From assembly GCA_963665115.1 (NCBI GenBank), contig OY762007.1, forward strand, positions 5,664,001-5,728,000: a stretch of DNA of 64,000 nucleotides. Reading direction: 5' to 3'. This stretch comes from an uncultured Rivularia sp. (lineage in GTDB: Bacteria > Cyanobacteriota > Cyanobacteriia > Cyanobacteriales > Nostocaceae). Below the pieces are notes generated by a model. That model had not been told where the DNA came from and searched no databases. It saw only the letters and a program-made list of their open reading frames with translations. The number at the start of each line of letters is the position of its first letter. The first letter of the stretch is position 1. This document shows, one piece after another, positions 40,760 to 52,890 of this stretch. The translations under genes were made by a program, and so were the position numbers.

Positions 40760-42928
40760 TTACAAATTCCCAAACTTCGGACTCCACCAACCTTTTGCAG
40801 TATTAAAATAAACAGCTTCTTTGTGTTTCTTATCTTGCCGTGCTTTAGAATCCGAACACCGTAACATCGATTTCTTTTGTCCTTCTTTTGTATAAGCGTA
40901 TTCTTCCAAAGGTTTTTTACATACTGGGCAGGGATACTTAGTGATTTTTGCTGGAGGTTTTTGAGCGGTAGGGGTTTTATCTGCTTTATCTGTTTGAGAT
41001 TTGGGCGATCGCCACTCCTTACTATAATCGTTCCAAAATAAAACCACGTTTTCACAACCGCTGACGCATTTAAGAAAATATTTCTTTTTAACTTTGCTGC
41101 TCTTGATTTTTGCTAAATGATTGTTGCATTCGGGACAACGAGTTCTCGATTTATCGTATTTACGTTCAGCAGCAGCATAATTTTTCTTTCCATTTGATGC
41201 AGCGACGGGTACAGTTTTCGCTTTGACTAAAGCCGGTACAAAGTAATCTTGATTCCAATTTGTGAGATATTTCTGCCAAGGTTGTTTTCCTGAAGCAATG
41301 CGATCGAGCGCATCTTCCATTTGTGCGGTAAATTCTGTTTTTAATAAATCTGGTAAAGCTTTTTGCAAAAAGTCATCTACCTCTAATCCCAAAGTTGTAG
41401 GCTGTAAATTTGCTTTTGTTAACTGCACGTAACCGCGTTTTTTCAAAGTCGCAATTGTGGGAGAATATGTACTGGGACGACCAATTCCTTTGCGTTCCAT
41501 TAACTGAACTAACTTGGGTTCGCTGTATCTTGGTGGTGGTTGAGTTTGTTTCTTCTCATGTCCGGCATTTTCTAAAGTTAGTATTTGCCCTTGCTGCAAG
41601 TTGGGTAAAAGCGTATCTTTACTTAAATTTGCCCAGTATTTAGCATAGCCGAGAAACTCTACTACCTGTCCCCTCGCTTGCCAAAGTATTTCACCCGACT
41701 TAATTATTACCAAAGTTTTGCTAAGTTGAGCAGGACGACATTGAGAAGCAACTGCTCTTTTCCATATCAATACATATAAACTAAACTCGTCGGGTAAAAG
41801 TTCAACTCGCAACTCCACGGAAGGACGAAATACATTAGTAGGACGAATTGCTTCGTGGGCTTCCTGAGCAGTTTTTTTACTGCGATATGTTGCCGTTTTA
41901 TTTGGCAAATTCTGCGGATCGTTTTGCTCCAACCACTTACGCACATCAGCGCAGAACTCTGGACTCAACATTACCGAATCCGTTCGCATATAGGTAATTA
42001 AACCAGCCTCATACAGTTTTTGCGCTACCTGCATGGTTTTTTCGGGGGCAAATTTTAATCTAGAACCAGCAGCTTGTTGCAGCGTAGAAGTAATAAAAGG
42101 TGGAGGTGGTTGACGACTGGAAATTTTTCCTTCGTATTGGACAATTTGATGGGGATGATTTCGCGCTTCCGTAACCAAACGCTCGGCTTCAGCTTCCGAA
42201 AGTACGCGAGTCGATTCGGCTTTTTCCGACTTCTTAACTACCGTGTCATCATTTTCTCGATCGTCTTGCTGTGCTGTATCAGGAGCAGAATTGATCGTTC
42301 CCTTGTAAAAAGCGCGGAAACCTTCAGCATAATCAACCCAAACGCTCCAATAATCTTGAGGTACAAAAACAAGAATTTCTCTTTCACGCTGACAGATTAA
42401 ATGTAGAGTTGCACTTTGAACCCTTCCGACGCTCTTTGCACCATTATTCAAAGCCCAAACTAACGGACTTCCCTTATAACCAACCAACTTATCCAAACAA
42501 TCTCGGCACAATCCAGCACCAACTAGATTAACATCCAGCCTTCTAGGTCTAGCCACAGCAGCCCGCACCGCAGATTCCGTAATCTCCGTATAAACAACTC
42601 GTTTCGGCTCTCTTAATCCTAAAGCTTCCTTAAGATGCCAAGCAATCGTTTCCCCTTCTCTATCGGGATCTGTAGCTAAAACAACTTCTTGAACTTGTTT
42701 AGCCGCAGCTTTTAACTTACTAATAGTCTCCTTGGCTTGCTGACTGCGCGGAATGTAGCGACACCGCACATTGTTGCCATCCATAGTAAAGCCCAGAGAA
42801 TCCTCACCTTCATTGCTGAGTTCTCGAATATGACCGCAACTAGCGCGAACAATCCATTCACTTCCCAGAATTTTACTCAGCTTTTTAACTTTACCGGGAG
42901 ATTCGACTATTAACAGGCGTTTGGGCAT
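40760..42928 (-). CDS. topA: Type IA DNA topoisomerase with C-terminal Zn ribbons
   Basis: IVESPGK, ATDPDREGE, SVGRVQS, ITYMRTD, QEAHEAIRPT, GIGRPSTY. Confidence 0.9.
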   Translation of the reverse strand: MPKRLLIVESPGKVKKLSKILGSEWIVRASCGHIRELSNEGEDSLGFTMDGNNVRCRYIPRSQQAKETISKLKAAAKQVQEVVLATDPDREGETIAWHLKEALGLREPKRVVYTEITESAVRAAVARPRRLDVNLVGAGLCRDCLDKLVGYKGSPLVWALNNGAKSVGRVQSATLHLICQREREILVFVPQDYWSVWVDYAEGFRAFYKGTINSAPDTAQQDDRENDDTVVKKSEKAESTRVLSEAEAERLVTEARNHPHQIVQYEGKISSRQPPPPFITSTLQQAAGSRLKFAPEKTMQVAQKLYEAGLITYMRTDSVMLSPEFCADVRKWLEQNDPQNLPNKTATYRSKKTAQEAHEAIRPTNVFRPSVELRVELLPDEFSLYVLIWKRAVASQCRPAQLSKTLVIIKSGEILWQARGQVVEFLGYAKYWANLSKDTLLPNLQQGQILTLENAGHEKKQTQPPPRYSEPKLVQLMERKGIGRPSTYSPTIATLKKRGYVQLTKANLQPTTLGLEVDDFLQKALPDLLKTEFTAQMEDALDRIASGKQPWQKYLTNWNQDYFVPALVKAKTVPVAASNGKKNYAAAERKYDKSRTRCPECNNHLAKIKSSKVKKKYFLKCVSGCENVVLFWNDYSKEWRSPKSQTDKADKTPTAQKPPAKITKYPCPVCKKPLEEYAYTKEGQKKSMLRCSDSKARQDKKHKEAVYFNTAKGWWSPKFGNL

Positions 42929-43195
42929 GACATCAATATGTAGAGATGCAACTTGAAAAAGACTTATTAATTTTTATTTTATAGTACAGTTGTTTTCGAT
43001 ATTGTTATTTAAATTAAAAAAATTAACAAATAAGGAATTGGGAATTGGGCATTGGGGATTGAGCATTGGGTGATAGTTATCTTCTCATCTCATAATCCCT
43101 TCATCTCCTAACTCTTACTATCTTAACTCTTACTCCTATCCCGCTCTAAAAATACCTATCTCTCTTGTCTTGAAAAGTTGTTCTCGAAGAGATTG

Positions 43196-43360
43196 CCTCC
43201 GGCTCACATGGGGGAAACCATGCCACTTCTCTCAACGAGGGGAACCCGCGCACGAGAGTGGCTCCCCAAGACGAACACTTTATGTCCTAATAGCCCTTCG
43301 GCAACGGACACGCAATACCTACGGTACGCTTCGCTAGCCGCTAACGCTGCGCTCTGTGCA
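43196..43360. repeat. Cluster of nested SDR-like small repeats, including the copy at 43222-43262
   Basis: GCCACTTCTCTCAACGAGGGGAACCCGCGCACGAGAGTGGC inside GGGGGAAAC...CCCCAAGAC; GC-rich patch in an AT-rich spacer. Confidence 0.65.
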
Positions 43361-43806
43361 TCTAGTAAGGTTTTTTAATCCATAATCTTCTGTGGGGAAG
43401 GGAGTAACTGTTAACTCTTTTAATCTAAAATCTAAAAACTTATAGCATTGTTATACTTCTCATTTATTAAAAAAAACTTAAAATTATTAGAATCAGTAAG
43501 CATTTTGATAAGAAATATTAAGCATATTAAATTCAAGCTTTCTGTCTAAAGTATTAATTATCTGGCTTGGATCTGGCTGTATGCCTTCCGATAGATGATA
43601 AAAACGAATGAACTAGATAATTAATAAATAGGAGCCGAAACATAATTACGAAATATTAACTGTAAAGTTTGTTAAATAAATGCTCATTTTCACAGTCAGT
43701 TTATATATACTTGGTTTCTATGAATGTTGAATATGTTGATCCCGGTGGGGTTTAATAATTAATCGCTCGTTTTCAAACTATATATTGTACTCTTGGAGGA
43801 AAAATA

Positions 43807-44184
43807 ATGGCTTTATCACAATCAACTGATATGGGAAAAACCTACTCGTTACTAATGATAAAAAGCTTTTTAATATGGACTTTTACACTGGCAGTCTGCT
43901 TGCTGGTTGTTGGCTTTCCTTTAGTGGTTTTAATGGCTACGGTTGGATGTTTGCTTTCTATTGTTCTGCAATCGGTAATGCCAGCTAGCGCAGTTTTGGT
44001 TGTTGCAGGTAGCTTGATTATGTTTAATGTGTTGGCAGTAGTAGTTGCTGCTGGCGTGTTAACACTTCGAGGCGTTCATCCTACAGAAATTAAATGGTTA
44101 AGCTGGCTGCATGGAGAAGAAGAAGAATTAAAGGCAAGTGTTTATGCTGCTTGTCCTTTAACTTGTGAGGTAGAGTCATTTTAG
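43807..44184 (+). CDS. Conserved cyanobacterial membrane protein
   Basis: GGAGG RBS; three hydrophobic segments; WL.WL.G...YAACPLTC end. Confidence 0.75.
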   Translation: MALSQSTDMGKTYSLLMIKSFLIWTFTLAVCLLVVGFPLVVLMATVGCLLSIVLQSVMPASAVLVVAGSLIMFNVLAVVVAAGVLTLRGVHPTEIKWLSWLHGEEEELKASVYAACPLTCEVESF

Positions 44185-44236
44185 TTTGTGATATGAAATC
44201 GTAGCCATCATTGCTAAATTCGACAAATAGTGCAAC

Positions 44237-44259
44237 TGCCCGGTTTAACCGGGTTTTTT
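44237..44259 (+). terminator. Intrinsic terminator
   Basis: CCCGGTTTAACCGGG hairpin followed by a T run. Confidence 0.6.
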
Positions 44260-44274
44260 CATTTTTACGGGGAG

Positions 44275-44427
44275 TGTAGAGACGTAAAATTTTACGTCTC
44301 CCGACGATTCCGGGAGAAACGAACCCTTCAGAATTTATGCAATCGAGTATTAATAATCTTTGTCATTAATTTTGACGGATTCTTTTTCTTCCAAACGTAG
44401 GGAGACGTTATGTATAACGTCTCTACA
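44275..44427. repeat. GTAG-type REP doublet (REPIN-like)
   Basis: TGTAGAGACGTAAAATTTTACGTCTC ... GAGACGTTATGTATAACGTCTCTACA. Confidence 0.75.
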
Positions 44428-44524
44428 TTTCACAAGAAATATCTACTTTTGTGACAATCTACTATTGACGAATCACCCCTATGGTAATGACTATTGACTA
44501 TTAACTAGTGATTTATGACTAATT

Positions 44525-45635
44525 ATGAAGCGAGTTTGTATTATCTTAGGTACTCGTCCCGAAGCGATTAAACTTGCTCCGGTGATTAAAACTTTCCAAG
44601 CTTATGAAGGTTTGGAAACTCAGGTGATTTTAACTGGACAGCATCGCGAGATGGTTGAGCAGGTGATGGGATTGTTCAATTTAAAAGCCGATCGCGATTT
44701 GGAGATTATGCAGCCGAAACAATCTCTGAGCGATATCACTTGTCGTAGCTTGCGCGGGTTGCAGGAGTTATTTGAGGAAAGCGAACCAAGTTTAGTTTTG
44801 GTTCAGGGAGATACAACTACAGCTTTTGCAGCAGCTTTGGCAGCTTTTTATAAAAAAATTCCTATTGGTCATGTCGAAGCTGGATTAAGAACTGATAACA
44901 TATTTAATCCTTATCCAGAAGAAGCCAACCGACGATTAATTTCTCAAATTGCACAACTACATTTTGCACCGACACCTTTGGCTGAGGAAAATTTACAGCG
45001 TTTCTGGGGTATTAGGAAAAGTTCACATGACGGGTAACACCGTGATTGATGCGCTGTTGAATGTTGCGAAAAGCGAACCTCCCTGTAACGTACCGGGTTT
45101 GGAATGGCAAAATTATCGAGTTATTTTAGCTACAGTTCACCGCCGAGAGAATTGGGGCGAACCACTCGAAAGTATTGCCCAAAGCTTCTTACAGGTATTA
45201 GCTAAATTCCCAGATACAGCGTTATTGCTACCATTACACCGCAATCCTACGGTAAGAGAACCATTGCAGGCAATGTTAGGCAATCATCCCCGAATCTTCT
45301 TAACAGAACCCTTAGATTACGGTCAACTAGTCGGGGCAATAATGCGATCGCACTTATTACTCACAGATTCAGGTGGGTTACAAGAAGAAGCCCCTAGTTT
45401 AGGAAAACCAGTATTAGTACTCAGAGAAACAACAGAAAGACCGGAAGCAGTAAGCGCAGGTACGGCAAAGCTTGTAGGAACAGATACTCAAACAATAATA
45501 GCTAGTGCAGCACAACTATTAAGCAATCGGGCAGCCTATGAAACAATGGCAAACGCAATTAATCCCTTCGGAGATGGCAAGGCTTCCGAGAGGATTTTGC
45601 AAATTGTGCGAGGTTTCTTAGAAGTTAAAAATTAG
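44525..45635 (+). CDS. wecB: UDP-N-acetylglucosamine 2-epimerase (non-hydrolysing), split by an apparent +1 frameshift at 45001-45003
   Basis: GTRPEAIK, TGQHREM, QGDTTT, HVEAGLR, TGNTVIDAL, HRREN, TDSGGLQEEAP. Confidence 0.92.
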
Positions 45636-45640
45636 CATTA

Positions 45641-45693
45641 GGTTCGTAGTAAGGACTTTAGTCCTCAGAGCGCTAAAGCGCTTACTACAAACC
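45641..45693. repeat. GTAG-type REP doublet between convergent genes
   Basis: GGTTCGTAGTAAGGACTTTAGTCCT..AGCGCTAAAGCGCTTACTACAAACC; relative at 52735-52793. Confidence 0.75.
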
Positions 45694-45697
45694 TTGT

Positions 45698-48600
45698 TCA
45701 TTCTTCATCATCATCTTCTAAAGGCAGCTCGATGACAAACTCCGCTCCGTTTCCAGGAGAGGAAAGGCAATATAAATTACCACAATGTGTTTCGGTAACT
45801 ATTTGATGGCTAATTGATAATCCTAAACCCGTTCCTTTTCCTTCCGGTTTAGTGGTGAAAAATGCATTGAATAGCTTACTTCTGACTTCTTCTGGCATTC
45901 CAGGGCCGTTATCTGCAATACGAATGGTAACTTTGTCTTCGTCAGATGAAGTACGGATAGTAATAACGTTAGGATTTTTCTCAATCTCTGCGTAATTTTT
46001 GCCTTGGTTGGATTCGTCTAAAGCATCAATTGCATTTGCTAATAAATTCATAAACGCCTGGTTTAATTGACCGGAATAACACTCAACCAGAGGCAAATCT
46101 TCATACTTTTTGACAACTTCAATTGTAGGACGTTCGGCATTCGCTTTAAAACGATGTTGCAAAATCATCAAGGTTGTTTCAATGCCTTCATGGACGTTAA
46201 CCGGCTTTTTATCAGCGCTATCAGTACGCGAGAAATTCCGCAAAGACTGCATGATATCGCGAATTCTGTCAGTTCCTAATTCCATAGAAGTTATCATTTT
46301 TGGTAAGTCTTCTAGGAGGTAATCTAGATCGATATCTTCTTGGAAAATTTCAATTTCGTCCGGTGGAGAAGGTACGTTAGCCTGATATAAACTTAACAGT
46401 TCTAGTAAATCTTCGATATATTGATTGGCTATGGACAAGTTACCCGCAATAAAACCAACGGGATTATTAACTTCGTGAGCAACACCTGCTACCAATTGCC
46501 CCAAAGAAGAAATTTTTTCGGTTTGTACTAACTGCGCTTGAGTTTGCTGGAGCGTTTGTAAAGATTCCCGTAGCTGCTGTGACTTTTCTTGTTCCCCAGA
46601 GTAAAGACGAGCATTTTCGATTGCGATCGCAGCTTGTGAAGTGAGCAGTTTAAGAATTTCCAAGCGCGAGTTTGTAAATGCACCAGTAACTTGGTTGTTT
46701 TCCAGGTAAATAATTCCCGTAAACTTACCTTGGTAGAAAATGGGAGCGCACAAAATTGATTTTGGTTGTTCCCGGAGTATGTAGGAATCTTCTTTATAAA
46801 TTGCTTCTTTGCTTGCGTCGTTAAGTACCAAAGGTTGTTGAGTTCTGGCAACGTAGTGGATAACGCTTAAAGGGATATCTTTGCTGTCTTCTATAGGGGT
46901 TGATTGCAATACAACTAAGTCGTTATATTGGTCATTATCGATAGCTTCGATAAACAACTGCTCGTTTTTGAGCAAGATGAGACAACCCTTTTGAGCCGCA
47001 GCATTTTCGAGAATGATAGATAATAGCTTATCGAGGAGATTATCTAAAACGATTTCGCTGGTAATAGCTTCTGAAGCTTTCATTACCGTAGTTAAATCTA
47101 GAATACTATTACTACTATTACTATTATTAGTTGATGAGTTTAAAGCTCTTGAAGAACTACCAACAATCGTTTCGGTAATGTCTTGTTGTAATAGTGCGGT
47201 GGTTTCGCTACGAATAATTAAATTAGGGTAACGTTCTTCTAAATCTTTAACTTTAGCTAAAGCACCCCAGCGAACATAGCCGTAGTAAGCATCAGTCATG
47301 TAGGTTTTAGCAATCTTATCCTTACCCAAAACCAGATAAAACTGTGCCGCAAGTTCGTTACCCAATGCTTCCTCTTGGGTGTAGCCGTTTTCCTTCGCTC
47401 CGGCGATCGCGCGATCGTACAGATTCATTGCTTTAACTTTTTTGCCAAAGATCCGAGCTTTTTCGGCTTCCACTAAATCGTACTTGTGTTGGAAATTGCA
47501 GGCTGCATGATGCGCCCATTTCTTCATTTTCTTTTGATTTGCAGCGACTTGTTTGAGGTATTGCTTTTGTTCTGTGGATGTAACGTTTTTGTAATTCGCG
47601 AAGAGTGCGAGGGAGTAGTAGTAATTGTTGACGCAATACATTAAAAAGCCTGGATTGCTTTCTTGGTATTTTTCAGTTAGTTTAGCAGTTTGAATAGCTT
47701 CTCCAAAATTATTAAAAGAATAATTTAGAATGGTTTTACAGACATATATTGTACTTAACCAAGTTGAATTATTCCCTAATTCAAATATAATCTCTGCTTC
47801 ACTTAAATTTTCATAATCTAACGAAAATTTATTGAATGAATTTCCTTTTAAATTTAAGATAGCCTGTCTAATTGCGCTTAAAGTCCAAACCAAGACCGTT
47901 ATTTTTAACTTTTGTGTAAGTATTATATAATTATATATTTTACGATCGAGCGATTCTATATTTTCTCCACTAAAAAATGAGTTAATAGCTATTAGCCAAT
48001 TAATGTAGCTAGCAGATTCTATATCTCCTGTTTCTAATCCACTTTGCATTCCTTCAAGTGCCGGTGCAATCATTTGTTTAACAGGCTCTTTAAAATGCCA
48101 AATCATGGAATTGAACAGGTTATAAAGTTTAGATTTAAGAGATTTAGAATTAAATTTTTCTAGTACTAAAAGACCTAATTTACCAAATCTGTATCCTTCT
48201 TCAATTTCACCAAATTTATCACATAGCATTGCACCATAAATACAGTAACCATAAGTGCTAAATTCGGAGTTTCCATATTTAACAGATAAACGAACCATTG
48301 ATAATATAGTTAGTGGAAAGAGTAAAGATCCTGCCTGACTAGCGGCCGGATTAATTAGTATTAGAATTTGCATAGCCGCCAGTTTATAAGCGTCGGTCAT
48401 TCTAGGCAAATAGGCTAAATCTTCAATTCTTTTTCCAGCTAAAGTTAATTTAGTCTGTAGAACCGATACCAAAATATAATGTATTTTTGGTTCAGCTGGT
48501 AATGGTACATTAAGTAATTTTAAAACATGAACTCCTAATTCCAAAGCTTCTGACATCAGATTTTGAGCAATACTACACTGGATTTGAATTTTATATATTC

Positions 48601-51189
48601 TTACTTGATCCAGAATAGTATTAGCTTTTCGTAATGTAAGCGTTCCTAGCTTTTTTGATTTTTCAAAGTTACCTTGTAGATATTCTGCTTCTACTACCTC
48701 TACGTATATATTTAGTAGGAGCTCATAGTTCTCTTGCGAATTGCAATGTGTTAAAAGTTTCAACCCTATATTTAAATATTTTATAGCAGTTTCATAAGCT
48801 GTAGCAGTCTTGGCTTTCTTCCCAGCTATTAAATTAAGTTTTGCTAACTGATCTTTTTCAGATTGTTCAGTTAATAAATCAACACCAAAGTTTAATTGAT
48901 TAACAACATCTAAGATATTTTCAGAAAATAATTCTGGTGGCGTTTGCTTTAGCAGTAACTGACCAATTTTAAGGTGAGTTGCTTGTTTATCACATTCGGG
49001 AATAAATGAATACGCTGCTTGCTGCACGCGGTCATGTAAAAATCTATAACCAACTTTAGCAATATTTGATTTTAAATTTATTATAGAAAATTGTTGATAA
49101 CTTGTATCTATATCACTGTCTTCTAAATTTTCATCAAATACTAAAGGAATCTTGTAAGCTTCACTCAAAGGTAGAATTAGCCCAGCTTGCAAGGCTGCAT
49201 CTAATTCTTTAGCAGTACTTACCGAAAATTTTTCATTTACAATTGACAGCACATCAAGTGTAAATTTATCTCCAATACAAGCGGCGAGTTGCAATACTCG
49301 TTGTGTAGATTCTGGTAGCTTCTTAATCCGATTGGCAACTAGCTCTACTACGCTTTGGTCGGTGATACCTATCGCTTGAATTTCTTCAATATCCCACTTC
49401 CACATTCCTTGATTTTTTTCTTTATTTATTATGGAAGAAAAGGGAGTAAAATCGAATTCTAAAAGGTTTTCTTGGTAAAGTGTTTGCAGTAATTGACTTA
49501 TAAAAAAGGGATTACTACCAGTTTTATTACAGATTAGTTCGGCTAGAGTGTTGACTCGTTCTGTACTATCATTTAAAGTTTCGGCAACCAACTGAGTCAC
49601 ATCTGCAATCTCAAGTGGTTGTAAAACTATATTATGAACAATGGCGTTATTTTTCTCTATTTCGTCTAAGGTTTGAATTAAAGCATGAGTTGAACTAACT
49701 TCATTATCGCGGTAAGCCCCAATCAACAGCAAATATTTTGTTTCGGGATCGGCAGCTAATATTTGCATTAAATTTAATGTCGCAGAATCCGCCCACTGTA
49801 AGTCATCAAGAAAGATAACTAAGGGATGTTCTTTTTGAGTAAAGATATTGATAAACTCAGTGAAAACGCGATTGAAACGATTTTGCGCCTCTGTTCCACC
49901 CAGTTCGGGTACTTCTGGTTGTTTCCCGATGATGAGTTCCACTTCTGGAATTACATCGATAATTACTTGTCCGTTTCCACCAACAGCAGTTAATATTTTG
50001 TTGTGCCATTGTTCTAGCTGAGCGCTACTTTCTGTAAGTAATTGCTGCATCAAGCTACTTAAAGCCTGAATTAATGAAGCGTAAGGAATATTGCGCTTGA
50101 ATTGGTCAAATTTACCGCTGATAAAGTAACCACGCTTTTGAGTGATGGGTTTATTAACTTCATAAACTACGGATGATTTACCAATTCCTGAATAGCCAGA
50201 AACTAGCATCAGTTCGCGGCTTCCTTTGCTGACTCTTTCAAAAGAATCTAGAATTTGATTGACCTGAGTTTCCCTACCGTAAAGCTTTTGGGGAATGAGT
50301 AACTGACTTAATATATCTAATCGTCCCCCGGTTGAAACTCGATAATTGTTCCGGTGATTTCTAACTGTTCGCGACATAGCTCTAAATCGGCTAAAAGTCC
50401 TTTAGCGGTTTGATAGCGATCTTCAGCGTTTTTCGCCATCAACTTCACTACTACATTGGCGATCGCGTTAGGAACTTCTGGATTTAATTCTTGAATTTCA
50501 ACGGGTTGCTTGGCAATATGACAGTGAATCAACTCTAAAGGATCGTTACTTTGAAAAGGTAATCTCCCGGTAAGCACTTCATAAAAAGTTATGCCCAGTG
50601 AATAAAAATCGCTGCGATAGTCAAGAGCGCGATTCATTCTCCCGGTTTGTTCTGGGGACATATATGTTAATGTCCCTTCAAGTTGATTGGGGTTAGTTAA
50701 TTGCAGATTTTCATTACTGAGTCTTGAAGCGATACTAAAGTCAGTAAGCTTAACTTCTCCTGTTTTAGGATTGACAATGATATTATCTGCTTTGATATCT
50801 TTATGAATAATTTTATGAGAATGCAGCGATACCAAAGCTTTTGCTAATTGCACTGCAATACTTAAAAATTCTATAAATTCTAATTTACGGTTAAAAAGTA
50901 CTTGCTTAAGAGATTGTCCGCCAAAGTCCTCTAATACCAGCACCAAGCGATTTTGGTCGGTTTCAAGCCTTAATATCTTGACAACACCTTCTAAATCAAG
51001 GTTTTCAGTAACTTTATATTCGTGTTTGAGTCGTGTAATCGCATCCAAAGCAGGATAATCATCTTTAAGAATTTTAAGAATGACTTTTTGCTGGTTTAGC
51101 TGCGATGTACCCCGATAAATAATAGTGTTGATTCCCTCGTATATGACTTCCGTAATGTCATAACCGGGAACCAAGGTAGATGTGAGCAT
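45698..51189 (-). CDS. Hybrid Ser/Thr kinase - AAA ATPase - helical repeats - GAF - histidine kinase (HstK-like), split by a frameshift at 50325-50329
   Basis: HKDIK, DFSIAS, YMSPEQTGRMNR; GYSGIGKS, LDDLQWAD, FLHDRVQQAAY; GAF YLENN; AHEVNNP, NQAFMNLL.NAIDA, GTGLGL. Confidence 0.88.
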
Positions 51190-51388
51190 TACACAATCCT
51201 TCCTAGAAGAGTATAAATGTGTTCGTATATTTAGGGTTCCCCAATATTCAGCTTTTTAAACATCGATAGAAGGAATTTTGTTGAAAGTTTAAAATATATT
51301 GTTAGCAACAGCAAAATATTGATATGTACACTTAACAAATAATGCCCTCAGACTATAAGTCTGGGGCTAGGAAATCAAAGTATACCGA

Positions 51389-52135
51389 TTAAGCAAGTAT
51401 CAAAGATTTTTTTTCGGGATTTGTTTCTATATAAACATTTTCTATCGAGTTAGTTTGTGCATAAACCATTAGTTCATTAAAACATTCAGAAAAAGCTGAA
51501 AATACTGTATTGACTATCTCAAAAGCTGTTTCTTTTTGTTTTGGTGTTAGTTCTAAATCATCAATGAATAAATGTGTACTGCCAGTAATGATTGCATGAC
51601 TCTTTTCGGCTTCTACATGATGATTGTTTAAATACAAATAATCTCTAGAAGTAATTTGTTCAAGCTCTTGAGCAACTATAGCTGTTAATGGTAAACCTAT
51701 ATTTGATGTTCCTTCTATAGCTTCAATAATTATTAGTCTCAAAATAGGATCTTGAAAGGAACTACATAAAGAAAATAGTTGATATGATAGTTGACGTGTT
51801 TTTTGTGTTGATTCACTCCAGAAAAAATTTATTGTATCAATAAAATTGAGTCTATGATTAAAATCAAGCTTTTCAATGTCTTCCAAAAACCATATCCAAT
51901 GATAATCTTCTTCGTAAGTATGCTTATTGATTATTTTTTGAATCGGATTATCGCTAGGCTCTTGACGGAGAACGTATTTATTCAATTCTGATAAACTCAT
52001 TGTGACATGAGTAAAACAAGGTACCCAAATTAGTCTTTGTCTTGGATCTATACTCTTATCTAGTAAATATTCAAAAAACGGTAAATTCGCAAATTCTTGC
52101 TTTTTCTGTTCAATCAGTTCTAAAACTTCTTTCAT
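51389..52135 (-). CDS. Heme-oxygenase-like diiron (HDO-type) hypothetical protein
   Basis: All-helical; HTYEEDYH, EAIE, HHVEAEKSH ligand-like motifs. Confidence 0.6.
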   Translation of the reverse strand: MKEVLELIEQKKQEFANLPFFEYLLDKSIDPRQRLIWVPCFTHVTMSLSELNKYVLRQEPSDNPIQKIINKHTYEEDYHWIWFLEDIEKLDFNHRLNFIDTINFFWSESTQKTRQLSYQLFSLCSSFQDPILRLIIIEAIEGTSNIGLPLTAIVAQELEQITSRDYLYLNNHHVEAEKSHAIITGSTHLFIDDLELTPKQKETAFEIVNTVFSAFSECFNELMVYAQTNSIENVYIETNPEKKSLILA

Positions 52136-52643
52136 TTTAATTCTCTAAGGTCAAGGTACAATCTTCTTTGATTAAAGATGGTATTTGCACTAATCCCTGA
52201 CACTATCTTCTAATAACTGCAATATTCACCTAAAAAATGTGAATATTAAATTATTAAAGGATTCCACAATGAGAACTTTTAAAACAACAGTACCTAACAT
52301 CAACTAACTTTTACGAAACTACTGCACTAAACAGTATTCAGTTTTAGCAGTCTTGTTTTAGCTTTCTAACTAATTACTAAGTGTGGCAGAATATTTTTGA
52401 AATGGGTAGGGGTTTAGAGTAATCTTTATTAAAAGAAAAATAATTAGAATAAATACGGACAGCTCAATCAGCTATTAACTTAGATAATATGGTTTAATTC
52501 AGATCAATTTCAGAGAATATACTGAAGGTTTACTATTTCTCTACCAAAAATAATTAATTTTTTAATTAACCGTTATCAATTGTTAGATAGATCCCACATC
52601 TGATTTTAGATTCTGGATTTAGGTGTGTTGTCAAAGGATTAAA

Positions 52644-52881
52644 GCCCTCACCCTCGAAGGGTAGGGCTACAATTACAAAGCCCACCTGCGTGGGCTAATA
52701 TCACATCCGCCGCCATTGCTTGTAAATGAGAAGAGATTTGTAGTTGCGCTTTAGCGCTTCTTATAGGAGGCGAAGACGGCGCAACTACGAACCTTTTTAA
52801 ACTTGATATAAGAAGCCTAATTTTTCCTAACCCGCGCAGGCGGGCTTCGTTTCTGTAGCCCCACCCTTCGAGGGTGAGGGC
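52644..52881. repeat. Large REP-like inverted doublet with a second REP family nested at 52735-52793
   Basis: GCCCTCACCCTCGAAGGGTAGGGCTACA...GCCCACCTGCGTGGGCT is mirrored at 52829-52881. Confidence 0.85.
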
Positions 52882-52890
52882 GATTATCTA

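Noticed and set aside
43178..43378. 66-aa ORF (similarly 9893-10185, 36253-36447 and 59807-60058)
   Set aside because: These ORFs are made of SDR/STRR repeat sequence.
50317..50377. Programmed frameshift or genuine two-gene split of the hybrid kinase
   Set aside because: The break lies in a C5 run like six other splits in the window; an assembly error is the simpler explanation.
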